In this document: positions 12,168 through 26,134 of the stretch, piece after piece | Layout of the letters: each line of letters begins with the position of its first letter | Numbering within the stretch: position 1 is the stretch's first letter | Assembly (NCBI GenBank): GCA_951406725.2 | Contig: OX597824.1 | Location: forward strand, 85,808,001-85,872,000 | Direction of reading: 5' to 3' | Length of the DNA: 64,000 nucleotides | Source of the DNA: Octopus vulgaris | Taxonomy: Eukaryota | Program-made: the position numbers and the translations under genes | Notes under the pieces: model-generated | What the model was told of the DNA's origin: nothing | What the model saw: the letters and a program-made list of their open reading frames with translations, nothing else | Databases searched by the model: none

Positions 12168-14361
12168 ATGGGATTATCACTGTCGTGTAACGCAAGCGCC
12201 CCACGTGACATTGGCTCTGAAGCTAGCCCAGGGCTTCTGCCTGTAACTGATCTAATCGGTAAACGTTATCCATTCACAAACCTTGTCTTCGAAGGATGCG
12301 GTGTTAAAGGCTATGCTTTTGTTGGAACTCTGAAGGTATTTTCCCCCAACATCTTTGGTATTTCTCTAAAAAAAAAAAAAAATTGTTATTAAGTTTATTG
12401 ATTTCGCTGGTCCTGATCCTGTCTAAAGGCATTTTCAGCTGTATTACAAACTGTATAAAAGAACTGTAAAATGAAACTGCGAGCTTTGGGGTGCCTCGTA
12501 AGCCATTCCCTTTCTCCATTACAAATAACTCATTTCATATTAATCATTCATTAAATGTACCCTAAATTTTGTGTTGTATGTACTTGTAATGTCCACTTTG
12601 TGTTTTCAGGCTATATGCCTATAATAAAGAGATATAAAGGTGTTTTCGGCCTTTATTGTAAGTTTTTAAAGAAATATTTTTCAATATAAAAATTAAATTT
12701 TGCAGTTCCATCTCTTCGTGTATCGTCTTAAGTTTCTTCCTTTCACAATCCAACAGGTCCTCGAAAAAGTCGGTATTCTCTATAATATTAAGCGATTCGC
12801 AGGAATGGGTAGCGGTGCTATCGTAGCTTGCCTCTTGGCTATTGGTTATGATGCAAATTCTGTGCAGTCTCTACTTGATATGCACCTGCAAAGCTTGACT
12901 GTCGGTAAGCTTTTTTTTCTTCTTTCCTTTTCAGTTGACGAATTACATTTCGTTAATCTCATTCACCGTTGATTAGAAATTTTACTGTTCGGAATGTACG
13001 AAATTTAGACCTTCTTGACTAACTTACTAACGGGCTCCGAAGTCTACAAATCAAGTTTCTGATTGCTATGAATGAACTGTGTATCGTACACCGTGGATAA
13101 TTGACTGAAAATGATGATTGTGTATATTCTAGGACTGAATATTTCGTATCGAATTTCCAGCCTTCTAATTTCCATTTCAGATCTTCAATATACCCCCAAT
13201 GTTAGCCACGAAGAGGCGCTTGGGTGGAAAGACGGCCGTAGATTTCATGATTGGTTAGGAGAAATTTTGACACATAGGTTTCAAGACGCTGACATTTCCT
13301 TTCAGCAGGTGAGAGCATGGTTTTTAATCTGGCGCAAGGTTGTTTTTCACCCCTCACCGCATTCTCTCTTACCGTGGTGAGTCTGCTGTGAAGATTTTTT
13401 TCCGTTTTTAAAATGGAACTCTTTTGATTCCAATTAATTTTCTTTTCATTATTTCAGTTATACGACAAAATTGGTCATGAGCTGTGTATTCCGGTCATGA
13501 ATTTAAATCAAAATAAAATGGAATATTTCCACCCGAAGACTACTCCCGACTTTGTCATCCGACGGGCAGTTTCCTTAGCCATGTCTATCCCGGGTAATTT
13601 TTTTCTTTTAATTTGTTTCGGTCATTAGACAGCGGTAGTGGTAGGGCACCGCCTTGAATTTTTAGTCGAATAAGCTTACTCAGGTGCTGATTCTGTTAGT
13701 CTCTGTTATCGAATCGCTAAATTATGGGACGTAAATGCACAACGCCGGTTGTAAAGTGGTGAAAACACACACCATACACACGACGGTGGCCTTTTTTCAG
13801 CTCTTTCAAATCTTCGCTAGGATTTTGTCCCATTTGGTAATGTTCCTTTTGCAGCAGTTGAACTGTTAAGTGATTTACTAATTATATTTAATGCAATTTT
13901 CGGTTAAAATTGGTTCTCACTTGTATTGATTGAAGGCGCGTAGTATAATGGTTAGGGTAATCGGTTCACGATTGTAAGGCCGCGAGTTAGATTCCTAGTT
14001 GCGAGTTGTGTCCTTGAGAAAAATACTTTATTTCACGTAGCCCCAATCCACTCAGCTGGCAAAAAGGAAGTTGTACCTGTTATGCAAAGGACTAGTATTG
14101 TCCCACTATTGTGCTGAATCTCCCCGAGAACTGCGTTAATAGTATTCATGTTTGTGGAGTACTCGGCCACATGCGCATTCATTTCACGAGCAAGCTGTTC
14201 CTTTGATCGGATCAACTGAAGCTTTCGTCGTTGTAACCGTGTGCCAGTTTTGTATTGAATAGATTTTTCCTAGCGAATTCGCCTGCCTCAACTTCACTTG
14301 CTTCCAGGAAAATCTCTTGGTTGAATTCGCGTAATTTTTTCTTATCTTTTAAATGATTAAA

Positions 14362-14393
<32 letters not shown>

Positions 14394-17300
14394 ACATCTG
14401 AATTCTTATTTTGTGACTTTCGATTAATTCTATTTTCTCTACAATTTAAGCTAGTTCTGCATAGCTTCCAACTTAATTTCTCGCTGATTTAGTTGTAAAT
14501 GTACTTTCCCCCGTTGTACTTCAGTGAAATTTTTTTTTTTTTTTTTTTTTAATTTTAACAGAAAATTTTTAGTTCACAAAATATTGTAACCTGACTAATA
14601 TTTAGTTGTCAAGACTAATTGGCTAAATTATTCGAACTCGACCCGTTATTCTTTTAATATAGGTATATACCGTCCCCGCAAATTAAGTCTGGGTGAGTCC
14701 TCCGGAGATTTCTACATGGATGGTGGGATTATCTGCAACTATCCAATTCACTGCTTTGATGGTATGTGCAGCAACTTTTTTTTTTTTTTTTTTTTCTAGA
14801 AAAAAAAAATTGTCGCAGATCTCATGAGCTTTGAAATTCTTTTGTAGGATGGTGGCTATCGATGGAGCCCGGTGACCGCTTTCTTCGCAAATGTCAACCG
14901 TCTGTTAACTTGAGTTCTTTGGAGCTTGACTGTTTCTTTGGATTTAACCACATGAGTCTTGGCATTATGACGGTAAAGTGATTTTTTTTTTCTTCATAAA
15001 TGTTAATCATTTTAATGTATTTCGTTGGTTAAATCTACAAGTTGAAAGTTTTTTTAATCCTATTTGCTCCTTAAATGTTTGATTAAAACTTTTTCATAAG
15101 TGCCTGTAGTCTCTTAAATTTCAATAGCATCCGTCAAATCTGTTTGATGCAACTTTTTTTTTTTTCCAGTTTGACGATTATCACAACGATGAGATATACG
15201 ATATAATGAAACGGCGACTTGACCAAACCGGAGGCGTTGTCCCTATGCCAGCAACCGAACTTAGCATGTAAGTATTTTCTTTCTCACTGACTTTTCAATA
15301 ACGTTCTAAATCTGTATTAAAATGATCTCGAGGTCATCGGTGGCAATATTTAGTGTAATGCACTTTTCTGAATTTATTTTTATTCTAAGGAAATGGAAAG
15401 AGGCCAGAGAAAAGCTGCAACAGATGCAACTAATGTGTACGGGCTTTGAAGAAGCCTATGAAAAACTAAGACATGTGAGTGTCCTCCTCCCGCTTCTAAA
15501 TTAGATCTTAAATTCAAGATTAAGTTTTTGTCTAGCCCAGTGCAACCCTGGTGAATTAGAGCTATGATAAAAGGCTTACATAATTATTCATTTTTATGTA
15601 TCTTGGATATGCATGCTTCTCTCTAATGAAATAGTGGGATTTAATAAGAATTTGACCCTTTTCTCTATCAGTATTCTTAAACTTGATAAAAGGCGGCGGG
15701 TTGGAAGAATAATTAGAACGTAATGACGGGCAAAATCCAAAGCATTTTGCTCAGCGTGGTGAGTTCAAAGGATCGACTTGCCTTTTTTCATCTTTCATCT
15801 TTTTAGGTTCAAGTACCAGTTGAGCACTGGGGTCGATGTAATCGACTTAGCCCCGCCCCTTAAACTGCTGGTCATATGCCAAAGTTTGAAACATATTTTA
15901 GACTCGATAGCTTTTACCTTTTTAATACTTGGTTATGTAACTTTTCAGATTTTGGAGACACTTAAGGGAACTGACAACTTAGTATCCATAGTTAACTTGG
16001 TAGGAGAAGTGACCAAAGGCGTGAGTAAATTATTTTTCGTATGTAATCCATACCATTATAATCCATACCATTATATACGTAAACGATTAGTCTGCAATCA
16101 TAAGGATTTTTTGTTTCAAATGCATTTATGTAGCTTTCATTTCTTTTTTCCTAGAATAATTTCAGTACGGCTGAAATCAATGTATTATTTGGAGTGGGTA
16201 ACAACGCAAGAGAATGTTACGAATTGCTTCGAGCATATGCCAACAGTGATGATAGGGTAGGTTGTCAAGCTTGAATTTATTTTGCCTCTAAATAATTGTC
16301 TGCAAGATAGATTAACCTAGCATTTTAAACTTTTACAAACCGGCCAGAGCCAGCTTAACGTGTCGTACAATGTTTTCTTTTTTAAAAAATAAGTCATATT
16401 ACCGAAATCTAAAAACTGAGATGATGCATGATTAGTTTGAAACCACGTGAATGATATTTGATTGAGTAATCCGAATGCTAAAAGGTGATCTTCCTATATT
16501 GTCTTTTAGATGCCAGCTTTCAAGGTGGTGTCTTTTGTCGAGAGAAGACACTGGCAGTCTTTCTACGACTACAGCCAGATAACACCAAAGTTTGCAGTGA
16601 ATAATTTGTCTTCATTTTGGGGAGCGGTTAATAGTGTATCGAACGAAAAGAACAAAGCAGTTACGGTAAGTGCAGCTTTTTCTATATTTGTTTTTATATC
16701 AATTTTCCAAGTAATTAAGAATTGTTAAAGACATCGAATTTAAGTACTTTTCGTTTCCTGAATTTTTGTTTTTAATTATATTGTCATTTTGTGTTGATTT
16801 TTAAATTTAATTTTGTGTATTTATCATTCGTAAGTCTGACACCAAATCAGATTGTAGTGTCCCCTCTATGTTCGCCCCTTGTGGGTAATAAAAAATCTAA
16901 ACAGAGCTAGGACCACTAGCGGTGTCGAATGAGGACGGCACTTTGGGGTCTGTAAGCAATGTGCTGCTTGTGGGATCCGGGGGTGGTAAATGGATGGGCT
17001 GCCCCGGGCGGCACATATTCTAGCTACGCTAGTTGGCTAAGGCATTATCTTCAGGTACCTGGTTTCAAAATAATTAAAATCCACATTATTTTGCCAGATT
17101 TGATATAATTTAAACGAGGGCCACCTTAAATCTTAACTTGGGTTGCCCCTCACCGGTATTGTCATAACGAACTGGCAGAAACGTTAGCACGCCGGACGAA
17201 ATGCTTAGCAGTATTTCGTCTGCCGCTACGTTCTGAGTTCAAATTCCGCCGAGGTCGACTTTGCCTTTCATCCTTTCGGGGTCGGTTAAAGAAGTACCAG

Positions 17301-17933
17301 TTACACACTGGGGTCGATATAATCGACTTGATCTGTTTATCTGTCCTCTCTCTCTGTGTTTAGCCCCTTGTGGGTAGTAAAGAAATAGGTATTGTAATGA
17401 GTTGTGCCGAACTACGTCAGTAACAAATGTCAGCACGGAATTTTGTCAGTGAACTGGTCGCAGTCTCTAAGCGACGAAAATATTTTGACAAATTAAATTT
17501 AAATGAAGTGAATCTAACGGATTTTGTTTCTTAAATGGCTTATAAACACCTTCCACACTGCAATTATTTTAAATTATATAAATTCACAATTTGACGACAG
17601 TTTAGAAACTTTCAAGTTTTACTTTTGATATCTAACCTCCAGAAAACCGATTTGTTCCGCACTGTTGGCATCTACACTGGTCACGTTACCAATAATGATG
17701 ATAGCCTGCATGAAGCCGACGCAGCCTACCTGTATCAGGTGAGTTTATATATTTCTATTCTAAGACCGCCATTCTCACCAAGAATGTCTTGTGTAATTTC
17801 AACTTTATTATTTTTTTTTCTTTAGCATGGTTGGAACTGCGCTGTGGCATTCTTGCGAGATATCACCCAGATGTCCATGCCTTCCACGTCAGGAGTGAAA
17901 AGCCTGCTATCTAGTAGTTCAGATACTTCCTGA
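12168..17933 (+). CDS. Patatin-like (ExoU/VipD-type) pseudo-phospholipase paralogue A, 13 exons, 506 aa
   Basis: GT-AG exons 12168-12335, 12757-12904, 13181-13308, 13458-13593, 14663-14761, 14848-14972, 15170-15267, 15390-15474, 15949-16020, 16155-16256, 16510-16665, 17643-17738 and 17826-17933 join in frame (1521 nt). Motifs: NLVFEGCGVKG, FAGMGSGA, AMSIPG, YMDGGIICNYPIHCFDGWWLSM, RTVGIYTG. AATAAA at 18086-18091. Confidence 0.9.
16800..16897 (+). mobile_element. Very short 3' tip of the Tx1/L1 LINE in intron 11 of paralogue A
   Basis: tctgacaccaaatcagattgtagtgtcccctctatgttcgccccttgtgggtaataaaaaatc is nearly identical to 11898-11962. Confidence 0.75.
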
Positions 17934-19289
17934 ATCCGAGGACGAATCCCTTTAAACGAATTTTGCATCAACAATGGCTACGAATACCCGAAAATCTTTG
18001 ATCAATTTGAACTCGTCTAAAATTTGCAGTTTTTTTGTTTGTTTCAACGAAATAGTTTATGGCTTTAATGAATTGTTGTTATCGAAATAAAGTTTTACAA
18101 CGAATGTATGTGGTTATATTTTTTGTTCACAATATATAATCGCTTCAATAGAAGCTAAATGTTAAGATGACTACGAAGTATTAATATTTATTATGCATAA
18201 ACACCGTGTATTAAATATACAAAACTACATTTAAGACCAGTGATGTAATCGGTAGAAAAATGACTGTCCTTTGCAGACGGTTTCGACTTCAAAACAAACT
18301 TCATCGGATTACTGAATAATCGACGTACAATCTTCACTTTACCTAAAATAGTTATTCTTTTAGTCCCTTTTCTATATTAACCCGCATAAAACGCCGTCTA
18401 TTCAACAGGACCTGATAGATACGGCAATCACTTTCCCTCGAATCGCAACCAATTTCCTCTACCTAAGACGATCACGACTTTGAATAAGAATGTGTTACCA
18501 GGAATTATCTCCTTCATTAACACGAGCTCAATGGAGATAAATCAACATATACTCTTGGATTGACTTTTATCGACCCAGAAAGTATGAACTGCAAAGTCGA
18601 CCACGGCAGAATTTGAACTCAGAACGTAGACAAACGAAATACTGCTAAGCATTTCGCCTGGCGTGCTAACGTTTCTTATTTCTTTATTGCCCACAAGGGA
18701 CTACACATAGAGGGGACAAACAAGGACAAAGTGATTAAGTCGATTATATCGACCCCAGTGCATAACTAGTACTCATTTAATCGACCCCGAAAGGATGAAA
18801 GGCAAAGTTGACCTCGGTGGAATTTGAACTCAGAACGCAGCGGCTGACGAAATACCGCTAAGCATTTCGCCCGGCGTGCTAACGTGTCTGCCAGCTTGTT
18901 GCTTATATAGCGGAGTAACTCAATTTCTGTAAGTGGGGGGAATAACATCGTTTTGCCACCATCATACTGCTTAAATTATTTCCTAGCTATTAACCATCTG
19001 GTGTTGAAGTGACGTGACACAAACTGAAATATATCGGAAATAATCCTTCCAATGACGCTATTTTAATATTTCAGCCAGTACAGGCGGCGAGCTGCCAGGA
19101 TCGTGAGCACGCCGGGTAAAGTGTTAAGAATTTCGTCTGTGTTTTAGTCGTTTAAATTCCATCGATGCCGGCTTTACTTTTCGGAGTCGATAAAATAAGG
19201 ACAAATTGAACATTAGGAGCAATGTAATAGCCTAATCTCCTATCCTCAAGCTTACTGGCCTTGTCAATTTAAAATCAATTTCAGCTAGT

Positions 19290-19500
19290 CGTTGGCACCA
19301 ATCGTGTTTTGTTCATCGGGTGCCTCAATGATGCTTAAACCTGACGTGGTTTAGAAAGCCAAGTCGGGAATGGAACGGTCTTGGGCATTGACTGCATGGC
19401 AGGGCGGCTGGTGGTCTTGGCTGGAGTTCTGGGCCTTGCGTTGCCTTTTTGCTGCTGCTTTAATCTTTATCTTCGCGAAAGTGGAACTGCTGGAAACAAT
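19290..19500 (-). mobile_element. RTE-like LINE 3' fragment with C-terminal C2H2-like motif
   Basis: The minus strand encodes KIKAAAKRQRK and CPRPFHSRLGFLNHVRFKH, typical of RTE/BovB ORF2 ends. Confidence 0.55.
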
Positions 19501-22373
19501 TCGATATTTCAGAAAATTCAGGAGGCAATTTCGTTCAGAATTTTGACGTTTATCGCGGAAACGTCTCCACTACTTCCTGAAACTAAATCGTTAGTCAAGA
19601 CTTTAGTTCTCTCCACAATTTGAGGACTGCGTCAGAGTAATCACTATTTACAACCTGGAACATTGTCTTTTACTTCGCAGTGCTGGTCGCCAGTGATTGA
19701 CAGAGCTGTAGACATTTGGGGGGGGGGAGCTACGTAAGGATGCGATCTACATTAATACATCGAATCCTTTGGTGAAACAATTAGTTCTCGCAGTGCAGAA
19801 TGCTCTTGCTGTATTCATTCTCTTCAGACATTGTGCTCAAACTGCATGGAGCATATAGGAAATGTTCTCCAGTTTCTCTGATTGTCATGATTCTATGCCT
19901 AGTTCCATGCTATGTAGAGATGATTGCCAGGTAGCTGAATTGAAGTGAAATATTAAAAATAATGCATATCTTCTGATTTGTAACGGGTAAGATTGATTAA
20001 ACATTATTATGTCAGTTGTCACGATAAAAATTTGTTATTGTATGTTGTAGGATGTGAAAGATGAACAATGCATGAAGTTTTTATTTACCGTTACCTTACA
20101 AATACTTTGCCTCGACAGGCAGGTTATGATAAAGCTGAAAGCATGCGAAGTAAAGTTTGTGTTTGTGTCCTCTTCATTGTTTAGTAGTAATTACAGAGAG
20201 ATAGAATGATGTTTTAAGAGAACAGAATTAGAGCTAGTAAGAGTTGTATGGTGTGGGACGTTGTCTCACAGTTGCTGACAGTAAACTTCATTTCTCCCTC
20301 TGACCAAGGTTCTAGCTTGTCAACCAGACTTCGTCGTCACTGAAGTGACTACTTGGTTGATGATTTTTTTATTACCCACAAGGGGCCAACAAAGAAGGGA
20401 CAAATATATCACTGAGAACAATAGATTTAGTTGGTGGTCTTGTTATCTCTATTCTAGCTTTTGGTGAAGTAGAAGAGGTTAGAAAGAGTAAAGTGGTGAA
20501 GACATTATTTCGGCCTAGCTAAAGGCATCTGGAAAATGTAAAACTGCTGCCAGAGAAAAAACATTGTTCCATCGTGGAGAAAAGTTCTGTTGCAGTGTTA
20601 ATTTAAATTTGGCTATGGTGGATCGAATCCACTTCATGCATGCAAGATCCACTAGATTCATCATATAGACTATTAGCAGAAAGTCACTGGAATATATTTT
20701 TTTCCGCGAGACTAAATTTCTCTAGATGGAAACATCAACTGTAACGATAAATAGCTTACCATTGAAGGCAGCGAGCTGGCAGAATCGTTAGCACGCCGGG
20801 CGAAATGCGTAGCCGTATTTCGCCTGCCATTACGTTCTAAGTTCAAATTCCGCCGAGGTCGACTTTGCCTTTTATCCTTTCGGAGTCGATAAATTAAGTA
20901 CCAGTTACGCACTGGGGTCGATGTAATCGACTCAATTCCGTTTGTCTGTCCTTATTTGTTCCTTCTATGTTTAGGCCCTTGTGGGCAATAAAGAAACAGA
21001 TAAATAGCTTACCATTCAATGAAAGTATTTTCTTAGCATGATAAATATTTACTATGCAAAGGGCATACAACCCTGTAGCCATTTAATCTGCCTGGACTGT
21101 CTTAATGTATGGGAACACTGAGCAATTGTCTAAGGGGTTCAATTCTGATCCGTTTTGGATTGCTGCAAATAGATAGTATAGGTGCCCAGTGCATTGATTT
21201 GCCCTAGAACATATACTAAGACAGTCCTGCAATCTGCACCACCTTTCGGAACGGGGTGAGAGGAAGGGTCACTGCACATACAGTGAACGTAAGTTATTTT
21301 TTCGAGTTAGTCATTTTGGTTTTCGTAACTTTCTCATTCTGTACGCTAATTGGTCAAAGATTTGTATCGTTTGTGTGTCTGTGTTTGTCCCCCTAGCATT
21401 CCTTGACAACCGATGCTGGTGTGTTTACGTCCCGGTCACTTAGCGGTTCGGCAAAAGAGACCGATAGAATAAGTACTGGGCTTACAAAAGAATAAGTCCC
21501 GGGGTCGATTTGCTCGACTAAAGGCGGTGCTCCAGCATGGCCGCAGTCAAATGACTGAAACAAGTAAAAAGAGAGAGAGAGAGAGAGAGCAGAGAGATAT
21601 TTGGGGTATTCATATTTTGATAAATTCGATCTATCTGTAACGGCGGCTTTCTAATTAATCAATAAAATCCCTAATCGACTGAGATCGGGCGTTGATGTAT
21701 GAAATACTGAGATATGAAGTAAAATAATTTTCTAAATCAATAGATTTCAGTTGATATTGGACGAAAAGTTAATCCTTTTCAATTCATGAGGATAGATGAG
21801 GTATGTGTGTACACGCGGGCCTAGCAGTGTAGCAAGTTAGTTCCCCCAACCACATGGTTTCGGTTTCAGTCCACTCTGTGACACCTTCAGCAAGAGTCGT
21901 CTACCATAGTTTGTCCCCTACCGACCCTCGAAAACCGGTGCTGGTGCAATTACGTCCCCGTAACTTAGCGGTTCGGCAAAGGAAACTGCTTGAATAAGTA
22001 CCAGGCTCTAAAAATGCAGGGATCGATTCGTTCGACAAAAATTCAATGCGGCGCTCCAGAATGGCCGCAGTCAAATGACTGAAACGAATGAACACCACTC
22101 AATATTTGTAAGATGTCAAGAGAATGTAAGAAATCGTCGCGTGAGTAAAACAGGCAAAGTACTTTCCCAGAATATTCGAAAGAACCTTCATTTATATGAC
22201 CAAGTGTTAAGCTTCCGTATAAATAAAGATTACGGGATGAAGCAAAATTACGGAGAATATTACAACTGTGAGCTTGAAAAAGAAAATAGAAATTGATGTT
22301 TAAAAAGGGTAGAAGATAAGTCGAATAAAACTAGTTAATATACTGACGTTCAGAGAAGTATACTCTTTACTCT

Positions 22374-22925
22374 TGTAGTGACGCTATACAGCGGCGCGCG
22401 CGCGCACCGTCCATTCCTGTTTCGCGCGTGCGGGTTGGTACTTTCACCACCGGAAGTAGGAATTTGCTGACGTGGCGTTTGGCTTGTATGGCGAAGGGAA
22501 GGTGAACCTTAAAAGGGGTCCGGAGTGATAGTAGCAGCAGGCAGTGACTTGAGACATGGCTATCGAAGGTACAACACGTATATTCTCTCTGTCCAGCTTT
22601 GATAGCAGTCGGCCGAAGGTTTTTACCAAATTGTTGCGGACAACATCATCTTCCTTTCTCCGGACGCCATCTTTGACAAGTGTCGTTTTGCATTTGAACA
22701 CTTTCTTATTTTACAGCGATAAGGTTCAGCTGAGACATATCAATACCAAAGGGATGCCAGATACACCAATTATCTGTTACCACATAAGAGAATAAAGTAT
22801 ATCTATTTTTTACGTCTGCGTTTTGTGTTTCTTTGACTGGTAGAATCTGGATTATCAAAGCAACGGAAAGTGATTGCTTCTCGCACCCGCAAAAGGTCCA
22901 GAGAAGATATTCACATTTCCTTACA
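22374..22925 (+). mobile_element. Solo LTR (Gypsy-like)
   Basis: TGTA...TACA termini with a 4-bp TSD CTCT on both sides. CpG-rich U3, TTAAAAG at about 22509 and AATAAA at about 22790. Confidence 0.7.
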
Positions 22926-23126
22926 CTCTTTTACTTGTTTCAGTCATTTGACTGTGGCCATGCTGGAGCACCACCTTTAGTCGAGCAAATCGACCCCGGG
23001 ACTTATTCTTTGTAAGCCCAGTACTTATTCTATCGGTCTCTTTTGCCGAACCGCTAAGTTACGGAGACGTAAACACACCAGCATTGGTTGTCAAGCAATG
23101 CTAGGGGGACAAACACAGACACACAA

Positions 23127-23188
<62 letters not shown>

Positions 23189-23794
23189 CGACAGGCTTCT
23201 TTCAGTTTCCGTCTACCAAATCCACTCACAAGGCATTGGTCAGCCCGGGGCTATAGCAGAAGACACTTGCCCAAGATGCCACGCAGTGGGACTGAACCCG
23301 GAACCATGTGGTTGGTTAGCAAGCTACATACCACACATCAATGAAATTAATTAAAAAGCAGAATTTGTCGCGTCTGTAAAATCGTGCAATGAACATAGTC
23401 GATGTTTATTCATCTTCAGTTGCAGTGAATTATTCAGAACCGAGGAGCGTGGGTTCAAATTTCAACTTGTCGATAGTTTTTGATTTCAGTCTGATGGAAA
23501 TGTCAAACAATAGAAACTCGGTGGAATGCAAGAGAAGCTGCAGCAGATAAGTTTCTCATAGCTGCACACACTTTAAAACTGTTAACAGGCGAATTAAAGA
23601 CTTACTGGTGTGCGCTGCTTGATCGTCGCAAAAGCTTCATTTTGGTTCCCCCACAATCATGTCCTTTTGCTTACGATGATCCACTTAAAAAAAAAATAGT
23701 GACAGACTAAAATATAAAGTTGTGGCTTCGAAAGCATTTCTCAGTTGAAAACAGGTGTGTTATGAGGCAGTAACAGGCAGTAATCTATAGACTG

Positions 23795-24206
23795 GAGTCA
23801 GGCAATTTCATCTCTGGCCCTGGATTGGTGAATTACTTCATCTTCCACCTGAAAAGGAAAATAGGGCTGGAGAGAAAATGCCTGACTGAGAAAGTGTTTG
23901 AAAATCGATGGAAGAGTGAAGCACGGATGTTGCGTGTGGATGGAACCGCATGAATGCAAAACAGGACGAAACCCAGGTATCAGTGGCGAGGCGGGGGGGC
24001 TCCGAGCTAAACCCGCCCCCCACTCCATCCATAATGTCTTCCGGTTTGTCTTAGCATTTGATTTCTCCGATTTCATTATATGTTTGTAATTATGTGTAAA
24101 TTTCCAATTTCATTCTTTGTGTAAAATCATTCTTGAATCTGACCCCAAATCAGGTTGTATTGTCCCCTTTGTGGGTAATAAAACAAAAAAAAAAAAAAAA
24201 AAAAAA
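23795..24206 (+). mobile_element. 5'-truncated 3' end of the same Tx1/L1 LINE family with poly(A)
   Basis: High similarity to 11560-11955 (gagtcaggcaatttcatc...ctgaccccaaatcag...tgtgggtaataaaa), followed by an A-tail. Confidence 0.88.
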
Positions 24207-26134
24207 GAACAAGTAACCTATAGATTGAACATCAGAGTCGATATAAGAAAGAAACAGTTGGCAAAGGATGCCAAGATGAACTGGTTAAGCAATAGCATTT
24301 CGAGCGCTCCATGAAGTTAATTCTATATTCGAGAAAACTAGCATTTTATTGCTGTCGCCGCTACGCCTTGGACAAAGAGACGTGAAAGACCTGTGTGAAC
24401 TTTTACAGTTTATAAATTTGGGGTGACTGTACCGAATATCGGGATACTGCGAATTTATCGCAATTGCTATTTACTAGCTGAAGCAGATTAAAGATCTAAG
24501 TGCACTTTGCTATTGGAGAAAGATTATGCAACAATTAAGTCGAACTAGTGTTATCGAAGATTTTGCTCAATGTCTTGTAGAATGAATGACCTAATGTAGT
24601 TTGTCTTAAGTTTCGTAATATCGCTTTTGTTAGTCTTTGGTCGTAGAGTTACCAAACTACATCTGTGCTGTGATGTGGTTACTATATTGATTGTCATACT
24701 GCCACTACTTTTTGAGGGGGGGGTGCAGGTATGAATATCGTTCATATTAACTAGCATAAGTTTATGGCCTCTAAACGGAAATAAATTATATGGTGGGTTG
24801 GAGGGAACTATTATTTTGGGAACAAGACGATTGGCTACAGAAATCAGAAAATAGGCAAGGTGCAAGAGTCACGAATAAAATTCAAATGTGTGAGAGCTGA
24901 TGCTAAGTTACTGCTTATAAAGTCACAAAATCCAATTTTACTTAAGCAAATTTTAATCAAGGATATTAAGCGAAAAATTCCTCTTAAGAATCAGATTCCG
25001 AACTTAGAAAGCTGAGAAATTTAACTTGATAATTTTCCAGTTAGCGGAGGAGAAAAATGAACACGATTTCCTGGCTGTACCAAGTACAAAAAGAAAACTG
25101 GTTTATAGAACAATTTATAATACTATTGGCATTTATTAGAAAAGATAAAAGTTGTAATGGAGTGAAGTAGTGAAGTAACTATTGAAATGAGTTCAATATT
25201 TGTCAGTCATATGAAAACTTGCTTAAGCAATGTCAGAGTTTCCCCACCTCAGGTCTTGCTAAAATGAAAAACTAAATTGGTAGATAAAAGATCAGATGCC
25301 TCCATTATACCAAATTATTGCTATTGCGACTTGGATTAGAAAAGTTCTGCTCGAAATTTAACGATATCTAATATGAAACAAATTTAAAACTTGGATTCAT
25401 TAAGTATAAAATAAAAGCTAAATTTTCGAGCAGAAAAGGAATCTTGGCAAGGCATTGAAAGTAAGATTAAATTTTAGGAAATACAAGCTGAATAAAATAC
25501 AGTATACTTTTTATACTTCTCGAAAGATTTAGGTAATTTTTCTTCAGTTTTTATTTCCTAAAACAATCTTACAATGCATTACCAAGATCGATTTTTTTTT
25601 TTTTAATGAAGGCCAACCTATCAATTTCTTAGTGACCATCGTTTTCAGCACGAGCCAGGGTTATGGTGCTATCAATAGCTACTTGCGTCAAAAGTTTTAA
25701 AGTCATTTAACGGACACTTCCAGTTGAAAGATCTCAACGTTGGGCAATTGGCCTTGTCTCGAATTCCTTTGAATTGTCCCGAGATCAACCACTTTTCATC
25801 TTTTCAGAGTTCGATTAAAAGCTCACCTAACATCAGCGGAACTGTTAGAGTCGAACCAGATACTTTGCGGCATCTATAACCGGCTGTTTACGTTCTGACG
25901 TCAAAACCTGCGCCCACATTGGTAACAACTTTGAACACGAGGAGCTGCTAGTCTTCAAGAGCTTTTAGTTTTTACGCACGTCGTATGGTCAAGTTACACC
26001 ATCGACCTTAAATTTTAAGTGAAATAGTAAAGTCGAAAATATTTTAAAGAATTATTTTATTTCTAGAAATCAAAAACGAGGCCAAAAATGAAGCGGTAAC
26101 AAATCAAGATTCCAGGTGCATATAAATTTTAAAG

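Noticed and set aside
19640-19935. Possible minus-strand coding exon after an acceptor near 19935
   Set aside because: All three frames contain stops and no domain is recognisable.
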